NCBI RefSeq assembly: GCF_016433145.1
Contig: NC_058131.1
Span: 576,279,257 to 576,343,256, forward strand
Origin: Gracilinanus agilis
Taxonomy: Eukaryota
Reading direction: 5' to 3'
Length of the DNA: 64,000 nt
Position numbers and translations under genes: made by a program. Below the pieces are notes generated by a model that saw only the letters and a list, made by a program, of their open reading frames with translations, was not told the origin of the DNA and did not search any database. Each line of letters begins with the position of its first letter. Positions within the stretch are counted from its first letter, which is position 1. Below, one piece after another: positions 51,498 through 62,880 of the stretch.

Positions 51498-52215
51498 CAA
51501 AGAGATTGCTATAATTTGGAACTATGCCCAAAGGGCTTTAAAAGATTGTCTGCCTTTTGATCCAGCCATACCACTGCTGGGTTTATACCCCAAAGAGATC
51601 ATAAGGAAAAAGACTTGTACAAAAATATTTATAGCCATGCTCTTTGTGGTGACAAAAAATTGGAAATGAGAGAATGTCCTTCGATTGGGGAATGGCTAAA
51701 CAAACTGTGGTATCTGTTGGTGATGGAATACTATTGTGCTAAAAGGAATAAAGAACTGGAGGAATTCCATGTGAACTGGAAAGACCTCCGGAACTGATGC
51801 AGAGTGAAAGGAGCAGATCCAGGAGAACATTGTACACAGAGACTCTTACACTGTGGTACAATTGAACATAACGGACTTCTCTACTAGCAGCAATGCAATG
51901 ACCCAGGACAATCCCAAAGGACTTATGAGAAAGAGCACTATCTGCATCCAGCGAAAAAACTGTGGGAGCAGAAACACAGAAGAAAAACAACATCTTGATC
52001 ACATGGCCGATGGGGATATGATTGGGGATGTAGACTCTAAATGACCACTCTAGTGCAAATATCAATAATATGGAAATAGGTCTTGATCAATGACATATGT
52101 AAAATCCAATAGAATTGCTCATTTGGCTACTGTAGGGGGGTGGGAGGAAGGGAGGAAAAGAACATGAATCATGTAACCATGGAAAAATATTCTAAATCAA
52201 TTAATTAAATAATTT
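51498..52215 (+). mobile_element. Relatively young L1 3' end (ORF2 C-terminus plus 3'UTR)
   Basis: atttggaactatgcccaaagggc...gatccagccataccactgctgggtttataccccaaagag...catggaaaaatattctaaatcaattaattaa. Confidence 0.92.
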
Positions 52216-53699
52216 TTTGAAGTCACACGCACACAACCCCCCCACCCCCCAAAAAAACAACCAACCAAAGTGATTGCTATAACGTCTCCTTCTAATGGAG
52301 GCCAGGGCTCTTCTCTGAGGAGCGTTTGGGGACAGAAGATGAGTCACAAATATGGTTGGAGGTTCCAGAATCATTGGTTTGGCTCTGGGTGAAATGATAA
52401 AGCTGGTGCTATTTGTTATCTTCACTAATACTCCAACCATTCCTCTATTCTCCTTTCCCCAACCTTCACAGCAAGGGACCACATGGAGAAGATAATACTT
52501 AATCCTGAAAGTAGAGTTAGAGCCCTGGTGGTAGGGGTTGGTGGAGGGCAATTAAGTGCTTTGGGGGCTATCATGGGGAGATTTAGAGCTCAATTACAGC
52601 TCTTTGTTTCAGTCTTCGAGGGAAATCCAGTTGGTGGGTCATGGAATTCTTTCTGAGGTCATTATACCCCCAAACATATTTCCCATTGAAATTTCAGGAC
52701 TCTCCTTCATTTCCCCCTTCCTCTGATAATTAAAATGTTTAACAAGATCATAGAACTCTAGTGAGAAAGGACATCTCCCTAGTCTAACTCCCTCAGTTTA
52801 CAGATGAGAAACAGGCCTTAGAGAGAGGTTGAGTGATTTTTCCAGTAGTGCACAACAGAGCTGGGATTCATACTCAGGACCCCGCCATACAAATTCCATA
52901 TTCTTTATCACCTAGCATGTTGCCTCCTGTAGGATAAGCAGGATGTATCCTGGGATACAGTAGTGTGTGCTGAATGGTATAAATGTTAGCCTTGTGAAAT
53001 AACATCTGGTTTTACAATCCTATGTAACCTTTGATAAAGAAAAACAGATCCTCTCTCACCTCCACTAGTGGATCAGACTCCACCAATGACCAGGACTGAA
53101 CATGTCTAGGGATATTTTCTAGGCTGAGGCCTTGACATGTCTACTTAGATAGTGGTACGGTGGGAAATTGCAAACACAGAAGCAGCTGGCTGACAGGCTA
53201 GTGATTAAATGACTATGCAATTTAAAGTCTTCAGTCTCCTACAGGGCCATCTGTGGCTAGAACATTTGGGGAAATGGGTTTCTTTTTAAGCCAATTTCTG
53301 GTATGGGAATGTCACTATGGGCATTTCAAGTGGTGATGAATTACACAAGACTTCCACAGGATTTATGATTCCTTGAAGAAGATCCAGTATCAGGGCCATT
53401 GAACTCAGATGCCTTTGAGATGATGACGGCTTGACTCCCGTACCAGGGCCCTTAGGGAGAAAAGATAAGGAACTGAGAGGACAAGAGGTTAGATGGCTTT
53501 TGTGTGTCACAGAACGGGAGTGTGGTATAGTGGTTGGGGCAGAAACTATCTTGCTTCAGATGTCTTGAATCTCCTATGTCTTGGGATTTGGGGGAAGGGC
53601 AGGGGAAAACATAACAAAACTGAAATGTCCAGAAAAAGACCTATAAGAATCACAGAGATAAGAAGGGCTCCTTATGAGACAGACAGAAATTTATACTCT

Positions 53700-54330
53700 G
53701 CTCCAGAAAGATGGCATGCCAACTATAATCATAGTTTACAAAAAGCTAAATAGAAGTGAATGTGAAATATTTAATCAAATTACAGAATGCTAAAATTAGG
53801 GGACATTTCTTGAAGCTTAAAATCCAAAATTAGAGGACAAGGTAAAGGAAGTGTTGGTTTATACAGAATCATAGGAATTCAGAGCAGGCAGGGACCTTAA
53901 GGATGATTTCTTTCAGATACTTACATTTGACATATGAAGAAATGAAACCGCAAGAGATAAAGTGACTTATCCAAGGTCACACAATGAGTAAATGATACAG
54001 ACAAGACTGACTTTTAAATCCATGAATTTATTTTTAAGTTGTATAATAAATTGTACACATAACAATTTTAAGAAAGAAAAGCTAAATTTCTAGATTAAAA
54101 AGCTATAATGGATTGGATAGGGGAGCCTTAGGCATTTGGAAGAATATTCCAAATCTTTTCACAGATATCTATTGATCAAAGATATATGACAAATTTTTCA
54201 GATAACCATTTTAAGAAGGAAAAACTGAATTCCTAGATTAAGGAGCCATAATGGATTGGATAGGGGAGCCTTAGGCATTTAGGAGACTATTCCAAATCTA
54301 TCCACAGATCTTTATTGATCATTTTCTATG
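53700..54330 (+). mobile_element. Ancient CR1/L3 3' relic interrupted by a MIR, ending in a ~143-bp tandem duplication
   Basis: ATT AGG GGA CAT TTC TTG AAG CTT (IRGHFLKL, similar to CR1 TRGHSLKL) at 53795; duplicated units at 54063-54177 and 54206-54321. Confidence 0.45.
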
Positions 54331-54734
54331 GGCAAGGAACCGGAAAGGGGCAATTTTGAATAGAATTTACTACTAGTGGATAGAGAGCTGACAGAATCAG
54401 GAAGACCTGAGTCTGAATCTTGCCTTTAACACATCCTGATTTTGTGACCTTGGGCAAACTGTAATAAACTTCTCATGATCCTCAGGCAACTCTCTAAAAT
54501 GATAAGTTGCAGGGTAGCTGCCAGTTTACATTGGTAGAAGTTTCTTCATTAGAAATTCCCTTTATCAATGAAATCTCAGGTCATATTTAACAAACAACCC
54601 CAAAGACTTCACAACTCCAGCTTGCCTGAAAAATACTTCCACTGGCTCCAAAACCTCATTAGAAAAAAATTAAAAATTAGGGAAAGGGGGAGATGAAGAA
54701 AGAAATAAGTATTTATTAAGCATCTACTATGTGC

Positions 54735-55600
54735 CTATACCAGAGTGGTGGCAGTGTCAGAGGACAGAAAGGGAAAATTTTTAAAGGAAAAAATGATGTC
54801 AGGACTCAAAAATTCATTGGGTCTTAGGGTCAGATAGAGTAAGGAGTTGAGTATAGAAACACCTAGGTTTTTAGCCTGGGTACCTGGGAGGATGATAATA
54901 TCCTCAACGACAATAGGAAATTTAGGAAGGGGGTAGGGCTTGGAGAAAAAGAGAATGAATTCATTTGTGGAGTTTTTCTGATTCAAGTTGTCCAAGAAAC
55001 AGTTGAAGATACTATAGGTTAGGGATGAGGTTGATTTGATAAGTAGATTTGATAGCCGTCTGCATAGAGATTATAATTGAATCCATGTTCATTGATGAGA
55101 TCATTAAGGGAAATAGAGGGAGAAAAACAATGAGCTTTGGCCACTAAGAGATCTTCAGTAGTTTTGAAACAAGCTGTTTTGGTTGAATGAGATGGTTAAT
55201 GGTAGAGAGTTAAGAAGGAAGAGAGAGGAAATAAATGTTCTTCTCAGAAGCTTAGCCACAAAAAAGATAAGAGATGGAATGATAGCTAGAAGGAATGGAT
55301 GGATGAAGTGAGGGGTTTTTGAGGCTTGGGACAACATGGGCATTAGGGAAGCAGGCAACAGAAAGGGAGAAACTGCAGATTAGTGAGAGAGGTGAGAAGA
55401 TGGAAGTGACAGTTTCCTGGAGAAGACAGGCTGGAATGCAATCATTCGTGCATAAAAAAGGGTTTGCCTTGGCAAGGAGAAGGACCACTTCTTTATGTAA
55501 AAGGAAAAGACTGAAGCTAAGGAACAGCCATGAACCTAACTGTTTCATAGTTATTCGGTCTAGAGCTAGACCCAGTTCTTTTTGCTTTTCTAAAGAAAAA
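54735..55600 (-). mobile_element. L2 relic
   Basis: Purine-rich antisense L2 pattern (ctggagaagacaggctggaatgc; ttagtgagagaggtgagaag). Confidence 0.6.
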
Positions 55601-55673
55601 TAATTCATTTAGTTTTGTGTACCTGAATAGGAATCCATAACCTTGTAGGATTTAGAGAGGATCTTAGAGATGA

Positions 55674-55957
55674 NNNNNNNNNNNNNNNNNNNNNNNNNNN
55701 NNNNNNNNNNNNNNNNNNNNNNNNNNNNNNNNNNNNNNNNNNNNNNNNNNNNNNNNNNNNNNNNNNNNNNNNNNNNNNNNNNNNNNNNNNNNNNNNNNNN
55801 NNNNNNNNNNNNNNNNNNNNNNNNNNNNNNNNNNNNNNNNNNNNNNNNNNNNNNNNNNNNNNNNNNNNNNNNNNNNNNNNNNNNNNNNNNNNNNNNNNNN
55901 NNNNNNNNNNNNNNNNNNNNNNNNNNNNNNNNNNNNNNNNNNNNNNNNNNNNNNNNN
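55674..55957. other. Assembly gap (284 N)
   Basis: N run followed by the remainder of a SINE1 (55958-56115, minus strand). Confidence 1.
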
Positions 55958-56238
55958 TACATTGATTCCAAGGTAGAAGAGCAGTAAGGGCTAGGCAATG
56001 GGGGTTAAGTGACTTGTCCAGGGTCACACAGCTAGGAAGTGTCTGAGACAAATTTGAACGCAGGACCTCCTGTCTCTAGACCTGGCTTTCAGTCCACTGA
56101 GCCACCTAGCTGCCACCACAAGAGTGATTTTCCTAAGACCTCGTTACAAGTAGTAAGGAGATCTAGGATTAAACTCAGGTTTTCTAATTTAGACTGAGTA
56201 TGGTTTCTATTGAACTAATAAGTTTATTAGCACACGAG

Positions 56239-56242
<4 letters not shown>

Positions 56243-56281
<39 letters not shown>
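56243..56281. repeat. (CA)n microsatellite
   Basis: cacacaca run. Confidence 0.95.
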
Positions 56282-56283
<2 letters not shown>

Positions 56284-57013
56284 CTGTTGATGGTAGCACA
56301 AAAGAAATATTTTTCATCCATTCCAGAAACTGGACAGTGTGAAATAGGAGCTTTATGTGCAAGTTTAGGGGAATATTTTGATGTTTTCAAGTTCAGGGTA
56401 GAAAGACAGGATCTCTCCCTCAGGAAATCAAACTGGTGCCAAGGAAAAGGAAAAAGTATTCCATCTGAACTAAAAACCTTTTAAAAAAATGTCCCATTAT
56501 CCAGCAAGAGGGCAAAATGTGGTTTCTGTTCCATCCTCTGCCCTGGTATTTCTTCATTTAGAAACATAAAAACAAACGGGGGGTAGAGTGAAGGGGGGGG
56601 GGTGAGGTGAAGGAGGTAGAGGAAGAAAGAAAAAAGAAGAAGAAGGAAGAAAGAAAAAAATATTTAAAAAAAATAAAAAAAGAGAACATTTATCAAATTG
56701 GAAATGAATTCACCAGCAAACACTGTGGCTTTTGTGAGGCTGAAAGGGTTAGGAAATGAGACCAGAATACTTCCTGCCCCCACCACTGGCCTTTCCTGTA
56801 CTGATCCTCCCATCTTATGAGCTTCTTCTTTTTTGTTGAGTCGAACTTTGAAGAAAGGAAGGAGAAAGGAAGAGAAGAAGTGGGGGGAGGACCAGGAAAG
56901 CAGGAGGCAAGGGACAGTGGAAGAATGGGAGAAGAGAGAAGGTACAGGGAAATTTATATGGTTTGCACTGACTTAGGAGTTGGAGGATTTAAAGCTGTTA
57001 AAAGAAATGTTGT

Positions 57014-57240
57014 GGGGGCAGCTAGTTGGCTCTGTGGATAGAGAGCCAGAGTCAGGTCCAGAAATGGGAGGTCTTAGGTTCAAATCTGGCTTCAGACACT
57101 TCCCAGCTGTGTGACCCTGGGCAAGTCACTTAACCCCCATTGCCTAGCCCTTATCTCTCAACTGCCTTAGAACCAATACTTAATATTGATTCTAAGAAAG
57201 AAGGCAAGTGCTTAAAAAACAAACAAACAAATAAATAAAT
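57014..57240 (+). mobile_element. SINE1_Mdo-like SINE
   Basis: gggggcagctagttggctctgtggatagagagccag...cttaaaaaacaaacaaac. Confidence 0.9.
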
Positions 57241-59699
57241 GAAAATAAAAGAAAGGCTGGCCACTTATCAACTCATTTCCTTTTCTTAGAGACAAGATCA
57301 CCTGAGCTACACTCGGGCTTAGTGGCAGTGCTATTCCTACTAATAGTTCTAATAGGTGGTCACCAATATGCTGTGATTTAAGTGGAAAGGTTCCTCACAT
57401 ACGAGACTTAACCATCTCACCCAAAATGTATTCTAGAGAACAGAAGCCCAATCATTAGATTAATTTGCCCTAAGTTTTGCCCTCTCTCAACTTTTTTCTT
57501 TACTGAAAATATCTGTAATTTCTTTCTATGGTAGTGGGTACTAATGAATTTTTATCCAAGCTTGAGGCACTGTTCCAGAGAGACTGCCCTGTGGCCAAAG
57601 CCTGGGATATTTATGGGGAATGTGATTCCTGAGTAAGAGAATGTTGATTCCAGAAAATAAAACCTAGTGAATGAAGAAGGGACTTCACTTTGTCAGATGC
57701 ACATACAACTTGAGAAAGTTTAGTAGAGGGAGAGTTGAGGAGCAGAATTTTGAATGTCGGGCTGGAGCCCTGGTGATGTTTTCTTGGTAGAGACACAGGA
57801 GTGATTTGCCATTTCCTTTTCTAGCACACTTTACAGATGTGGAAACTGAGGCAAACAAGGTTAAGTGACTTACCTATTTGAACTCAGGAAGATGAGTCTT
57901 CCTGACTCCAGTTCTAGCAGACCTGCTGCATTCATAGCATTTGACTTTCAAGGGTATAATTAATTTTAAGGGTATATTTGAATTTGTAGAATTTTTCTGA
58001 TTTCTATTTTGTACTTTCTTTGATGAAGAAATTTACTATTCTTGAACATTTTATGTGTAACTAGTTTGGTAGAAAAGGTTAATTTAAGCTGGTGAGTGTA
58101 AACCAGGGGCTATTCTCCCCTTGAAAGAACTAAGGAAGTGATTTTCATTCTGAACCCAGACTTGTATATTTAGAGGAGAAATATTTGAGGGGTAGCAGAG
58201 AAATATAATTACATCTTGATGTCCCTCTTGGAGACCTAAAGAGAGATCTCTCAGCCTTGGAGCTCTAGATCTTGCCTGCTCCTTCCCCTAGATAGGTAGC
58301 TGGAAATGTTACCCTGGACTTTTTTTACTTTGGAAACGAATGCTACTGATTATTCAGGATGGAAAATTGGGTCAACTTTTTTTTTCCATCAAAGATATAA
58401 ACTCTTAGAGGAAGGATCAATGAGAATGAGGTCTCACACTGTGCAGGGGTAGCTGGCCTATAATTTATTCACATCCCAATCACTCTTGGGTAGAAATTCA
58501 GTACAAAAGGAATTTAATAAAAAAAAGATAAATAATAAATATGCATAATGCAAAGAGCAAGAGGGTAGCAGAAATAAAATGGACTGATTGTTTCAGAGAA
58601 CCAAATGTCAGAATAATGGCTTTTGTAATGTCTCAAAGTTCAGGAGTGGGGGCAGGAAGCAGGAAGGGAGGATGATCCTGAACTCTAATAGAAAATATCC
58701 CAGTGGAAACAGTTAAAGAGGCACAGAAAGCCTTTTGTTGAGGTGCTCTATCAGGCAGAGATCAGGCCCAAAATGCTGCCAGTTTCTTACAGTCCCTTGT
58801 TTATGTCACTCAAAGGTGAGAGCAGAGGAAGAAAGTGAAGAAGAGGAGGAGAGAGAATTGTCAATGAACAGAAGAGATGAAAAACATGTCACAGCAGTAT
58901 TCTGGCAACAATCCAAATTTTGCTTAGCCAGGCAGTCCCAGGGCTTTCTGTGAGCCCTCTATATCTGATATGATTAGAAAGAACTAGAAGCAACTGAATA
59001 ATAGAATCATAGATTTCACAATGGAAGAGATCTTGGAAGTCATTTAATCCAACCTCTTCATTTTACATATGAAGACCCTGATGCCCAGAGAGGGGAATTG
59101 ATTTGCCCAAAGACATAATGGTAAAAAGCAGATGATCTAGGGTTCAAATTTGGGTTGACTGACTCCAAAGCCAGTATTCGCCCCATGACATTGTGCTGCC
59201 ATCATAGGGTTGTTGAGGAGAAGGAGCTTTTATAAATGCCAAAACACTATATACATATGAAGTATTATTAACAATATCCAGAGGAGTCTTAGTGATGTAG
59301 ACCTATTCTACCCATATGGCTATCTCCCAATACTATGTGATAATCAGCCTTTGCTACAACCAGTCCAACTTTACTATACATTCAAGGAGTGTTGGAACTG
59401 GAAGAGACTTTAGACATCATCTAATCTGGTGATTCTCAAGGTCTGTCACTCTATCCATTGCACCACTTAGCCATAACCCTCTCATTTTACAAATGAAAGA
59501 ATTATGGGATGCCTTTGTTTTTGATAATTCAGCCAAAAAAAAATTTCTTGTCATCTATGGCCCCTGAAAATGTCTTTATTGCCTGGATATTTTGAAGGGG
59601 GCATGAATGGAGTAAAGACTTGAGGTTGAGATGAATGGAATGGAATGAGTCCAAATGGTAGTAGAATAGTCCAGGAAGAAATAGGGTAGAATGGCTGAG

Positions 59700-60326
59700 G
59701 AGGAGAAGGAATGAGTGGAGGAAATGACATGGAGAAGGGGAGAATTTAGAGGTCTGGTAGTACTAGATACCTACTGTCGTCAGACCTAGGATAAAGAGAG
59801 AACAACATATACAACTAGAAGGATAAAATTTTCTTAAGGTACAGAGAAACAAGAAGGAAGGGAGATGGAATTAGGGATGGACTGGGGAAGGGAATACCTA
59901 TTGAAAGGTTGAGGGGGTAAGGTGAGGAGATAGAAAGAGAGTCTTGGGTCAAGATGGGAAGGGATTTTTAGAATTGAAGTCATATTAAAAAGTAGGAGGG
60001 TATAGTCAAGGGGATAAGGAAGGGATTGATGGAAAGATGGAGAGAATGAGAATTAAAAGGTAAGGGGAAAGGGACAAGGGAGGAACTTTTGGAAAGGCAG
60101 GCCAATTTGGAACTAGGAAGGCAAAGGGAGAGGATAAAGGAGAATTTGGGGGAAGGAGTGTGAATAGGAGAGATATTGGTCAAGGGAAATTGGATATCTG
60201 AGGAGGGATATGGTAGAAAGAAAGTAAGGAGACAAACAGTGAGGAGGAACAGAGTAGAAGGACATACACATCCAGTAACCATGACAATGAGTATAATGGG
60301 ATGGCATTATAATGGATAGCAAAAAG
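59700..60326 (+). mobile_element. Old L1, inter-ORF spacer and ORF2 start (left of the ERV insertion)
   Basis: Purine-rich spacer ending accatgacaatgagtataatgggatg...ggatagc, which joins the L1 endonuclease sequence at 62019. Confidence 0.6.
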
Positions 60327-60504
60327 TATGGGAAGCCAATAAGAGAATAGATAAAAATCTGAGACTCCTCTTTTGACCCCTTTTGTGATCCTTGTGATTT
60401 CTTGTTGAAAAGTATTGTGGTCTTATTGAAAAGCTTTAAGTTCCTAGCAAACCTGAATTTAAAGGGTTAACACTGTTCCCCTTTGACCAGGAATGCTGCT
60501 GCCT
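60327..60504 (+). repeat. Inverted partial LTR (first 178 nt of U3)
   Basis: Reverse complement of 61835-62012; starts TATGGGAAGCC where the intact LTR starts TGTGGGAAGCC. Confidence 0.92.
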
Positions 60505-61309
60505 TCTGTTTTGCCAATTCATCAAATTCTGATTTCCAAAAAAGGTAGTCCCCTGCAGAAAGGGAATATCTTGAGGTCTGAATCCAATCAAAGGGGGTCA
60601 TCCAAATTGCCCCCAAAGTTTCCACCAAAGTTAAAGTGTATGGAGAAGCAGGACCATATGAAGCACAAGCTGTCTTAATTTCTTTTAATACTTTGTAGGG
60701 AAGAGGCTCCCATGTAGGGGCTACTTCTTCATCATCTTCCAATTCATCTGCTCTAAAAATAACTGGGAAACAGAAAGATGTGTCTCCGTCCTTCTGAGCA
60801 TTTTTTGTTATTGCTCCTTTAAACCCTATATTCCAAGGCTGGGGCTGCAGAATTGGAGCTCCAAGAGACAGAACCTCATCTGTTTTTATCTCTCTTTCCT
60901 CTTTTGAAGAGAGGTTTTTAGGTGGGGGAAGGTCCGCTGCTAATGACTTTTTCATTCGAATTTTAAAGCTCCATTTTGATTTACTATGAACCTTTTCCTC
61001 CTCCTCTGATTCTAACACTGAAACCTTAAAGATTTCATTCTCTGCATTCTGACCAGATAACAAAGTTGTTTTTTCAGCAGCCGATGAAATTTTTTCTGGC
61101 ACTTGTTCTGATCCATGCTCAGTATAATAATTTTTCAAATCATTGCCAACTTTTTTCCAGAATTCTAAGGGAATTCATGGGCTACAATTTTGAATAAGAT
61201 CAAGAAATTTAGTGAGCTGTTCTTTACTAATTTTTACTCCCCATTTTCTGAGGATATGCTTAGTTATATCAATAAAAAGAGTTCTTTCCTTTGATTCACT
61301 GTGTCCCAT
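60467..61309 (-). pseudogene. gag: Betaretroviral gag fragment (MA, central region, N-terminal CA), truncated
   Basis: ATG at 61309 reads MGHSESKERTLFIDITKHILRKWGVKISKEQLTKFLDLIQNCSP*IPLEFWKKVGNDLKNYYTEHGSEQV (MA, TGA at 61175-77); then CFPV and WEPLPYKVLKEIKTACASYGPASPYT...DW...LSAGDYLFWKSEF (CA N-terminal domain, JSRV/MPMV-like). The last ~12 codons come from the inverted U3. Confidence 0.93.
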
Positions 61310-61447
61310 CCTGTTAATCTATTCTTTTACTTCTAGTGTCTTCCCTTAAGGAGAGAGTTCTGGAAACTCTAGATTTCTTGGCCTTCTTTGGGCAGAAACT
61401 AAACTGTCATAATTTGGGAGTTGTCTGAGGGGGAGGGCAAATATTTA

Positions 61448-61449
61448 CC
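61448..61449 (-). promoter_or_regulatory. Retroviral major splice donor
   Basis: Minus strand CAG|GTAAAT in the leader between the PBS and gag. Confidence 0.6.
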
Positions 61450-61467
61450 TGAATTCAACGATGCAAG

Positions 61468-61485
61468 GTCCCTGTTCCGGCACCA
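61468..61485 (-). promoter_or_regulatory. Primer binding site, tRNA-Lys3 type
   Basis: TGGTGCCGGAACAGGGAC versus the Lys3 PBS TGGCGCCCGAACAGGGAC (16/18), 2 nt after the LTR-terminal CA. Confidence 0.9.
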
Positions 61486-61487
61486 AA

Positions 61488-62012
61488 TGTTGAGATCTCT
61501 TTATCATCTCTGATAATCTGATAAGGACAGTTTAGTTGATAAGGAAATAACAGGATACGGAAGATCTTTTCCTCAGCTCATGCTTCCAGCTCTGGCTCCC
61601 GGAGCATGGAGTTTATTATATATGTTTCATTTCACACAAAAGAACCTCCCAAAACTTTGCAGATGTGCAGAAGTTACAAATTATGTCATATCAAAACTCA
61701 AAAAGTCTCATTGGCTTCATAACAGACCAAGGCCAAGGCTGAATTTTGACTGGGTTCTTATCAGGAAACCAAGTTGGGGAGTATCCCTCTCAGGGTTGAA
61801 TTGCCCCTGCTAAGATTTTGGCCTTGGCTATACCAGGCAGCAGCATTCCTGGTCAAAGGGGAACAGTGTTAACCCTTTAAATTCAGGTTTGCTAGGAACT
61901 TAAAATTTTTCAGTAAGACCACAATACTTTTCAACAAGAAATCACAAGGATCACAAAAGGGGTCAAAAGAGGAGTCTCAGATTTTTATCTATTCTCTTAT
62001 TGGCTTCCCACA
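61488..62012 (-). mobile_element. 5' LTR (525 bp)
   Basis: TGTGGG...CAACA termini; overlapping TATATAA/AATAAA at ~61612-61624 on the minus strand. Confidence 0.88.
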
Positions 62013-62018
62013 AAAAAG

Positions 62019-62310
62019 GACTAAAAAATCAGGACCTCACAATTTGTTGTTTACCAGAAACACACTGAAAATGAGAGACACACATAAAATGAAGGTGAGG
62101 GGCTGGAGCAAAATATACTACACCTCAGTTGATCTAGAGAAGGCAGGAATAGCAGTCATGATCTCTGACAGAGTAGAGGCTAAAGTGGATATAATTGGAA
62201 GGGATGAACAGGGTAGCTATATTATATTGTGGGGAGGTTGCTATGGATAATGAAGCATTATCATTACTGTACCTGTATGTGCCAAGTATTTTAGCACACA
62301 GATTTTTTAA
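62019..62310 (+). mobile_element. L1 ORF2 endonuclease fragment (right of the ERV insertion)
   Basis: KNQDLTICCLPETH...DTHKMKVRGWSKIYY...KAGIAVMISD...RDEQGSYIIL. Confidence 0.9.
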
Positions 62311-62880
62311 ACAAAAATAATTTTTCCTCTTCCCCAAATTCCATAGAACTTTACATGTATTTACATGGTATACATACCAGATATTTTAGTGCTTGAATGC
62401 ATTTGTTTTTGTTTTTTATAATATACATTCATACTCAATCTAGTTTCCAGGAAAAAATAGGTGAAATAACATTTTTGGGGAAAATTAATTCTATGAGAAC
62501 ACTCTTATGGATGGATGATTAGATAACTGATGTTACAATGGAATTTTGCTATTTTCAAATAAGATTTGGTTACTATGTATAACTACACGTGGAATGTGAT
62601 AGGAAAAGACATTTTCTAGAATTCTGTGGGCCAAATTCAGTAGAAAACAGTAAGTAAAGGTAAAGAGGGAAAATAATCATGATGGAGGAGAATGATAGAG
62701 GGAAGCTTCACAGGAGAATGATTACAATCAGTGTTGATCTCTGAGGCAAAGACAGAAGATCTAAAGCTAAACTGTGATCTTCAGGAAACAGACAAGAATC
62801 AATCAATCAGTCAGTCAATATTGGTTAAATGCTTACATTTCAAGGATTGTGCCAAATTTCGGGGATTCACTTGCTGGAGT

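Larger units (their letters stand above)
60327..62012 (-). mobile_element. Defective betaretrovirus-like (ERV2) provirus with inverted U3 termini
   Basis: 6-bp TSD AAAAAG at 60321-26 and 62013-18; 178-bp inverted terminal repeats at 60327-60504 and 61835-62012 (4 mismatches); LTR, PBS and gag in between. Confidence 0.92.

Noticed and set aside
55605-56051. ORFs of 105-148 aa
   Set aside because: They span the assembly gap and a SINE.
58790-58812. Possible 23-nt microexon (ttcttacAG...AAG|GTGAGA)
   Set aside because: Frame-disrupting length, weak polypyrimidine tract and no supporting gene context.
60327-62012. Pack-MULE or DNA transposon that captured gag (long TIRs, apparent 9-10 bp caaaaag(t/g)a duplication)
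   Set aside because: The TIR is the U3 start of a real LTR followed by a PBS and gag. Ending the element at TG/CA gives a perfect 6-bp TSD, typical of betaretroviral integrase.
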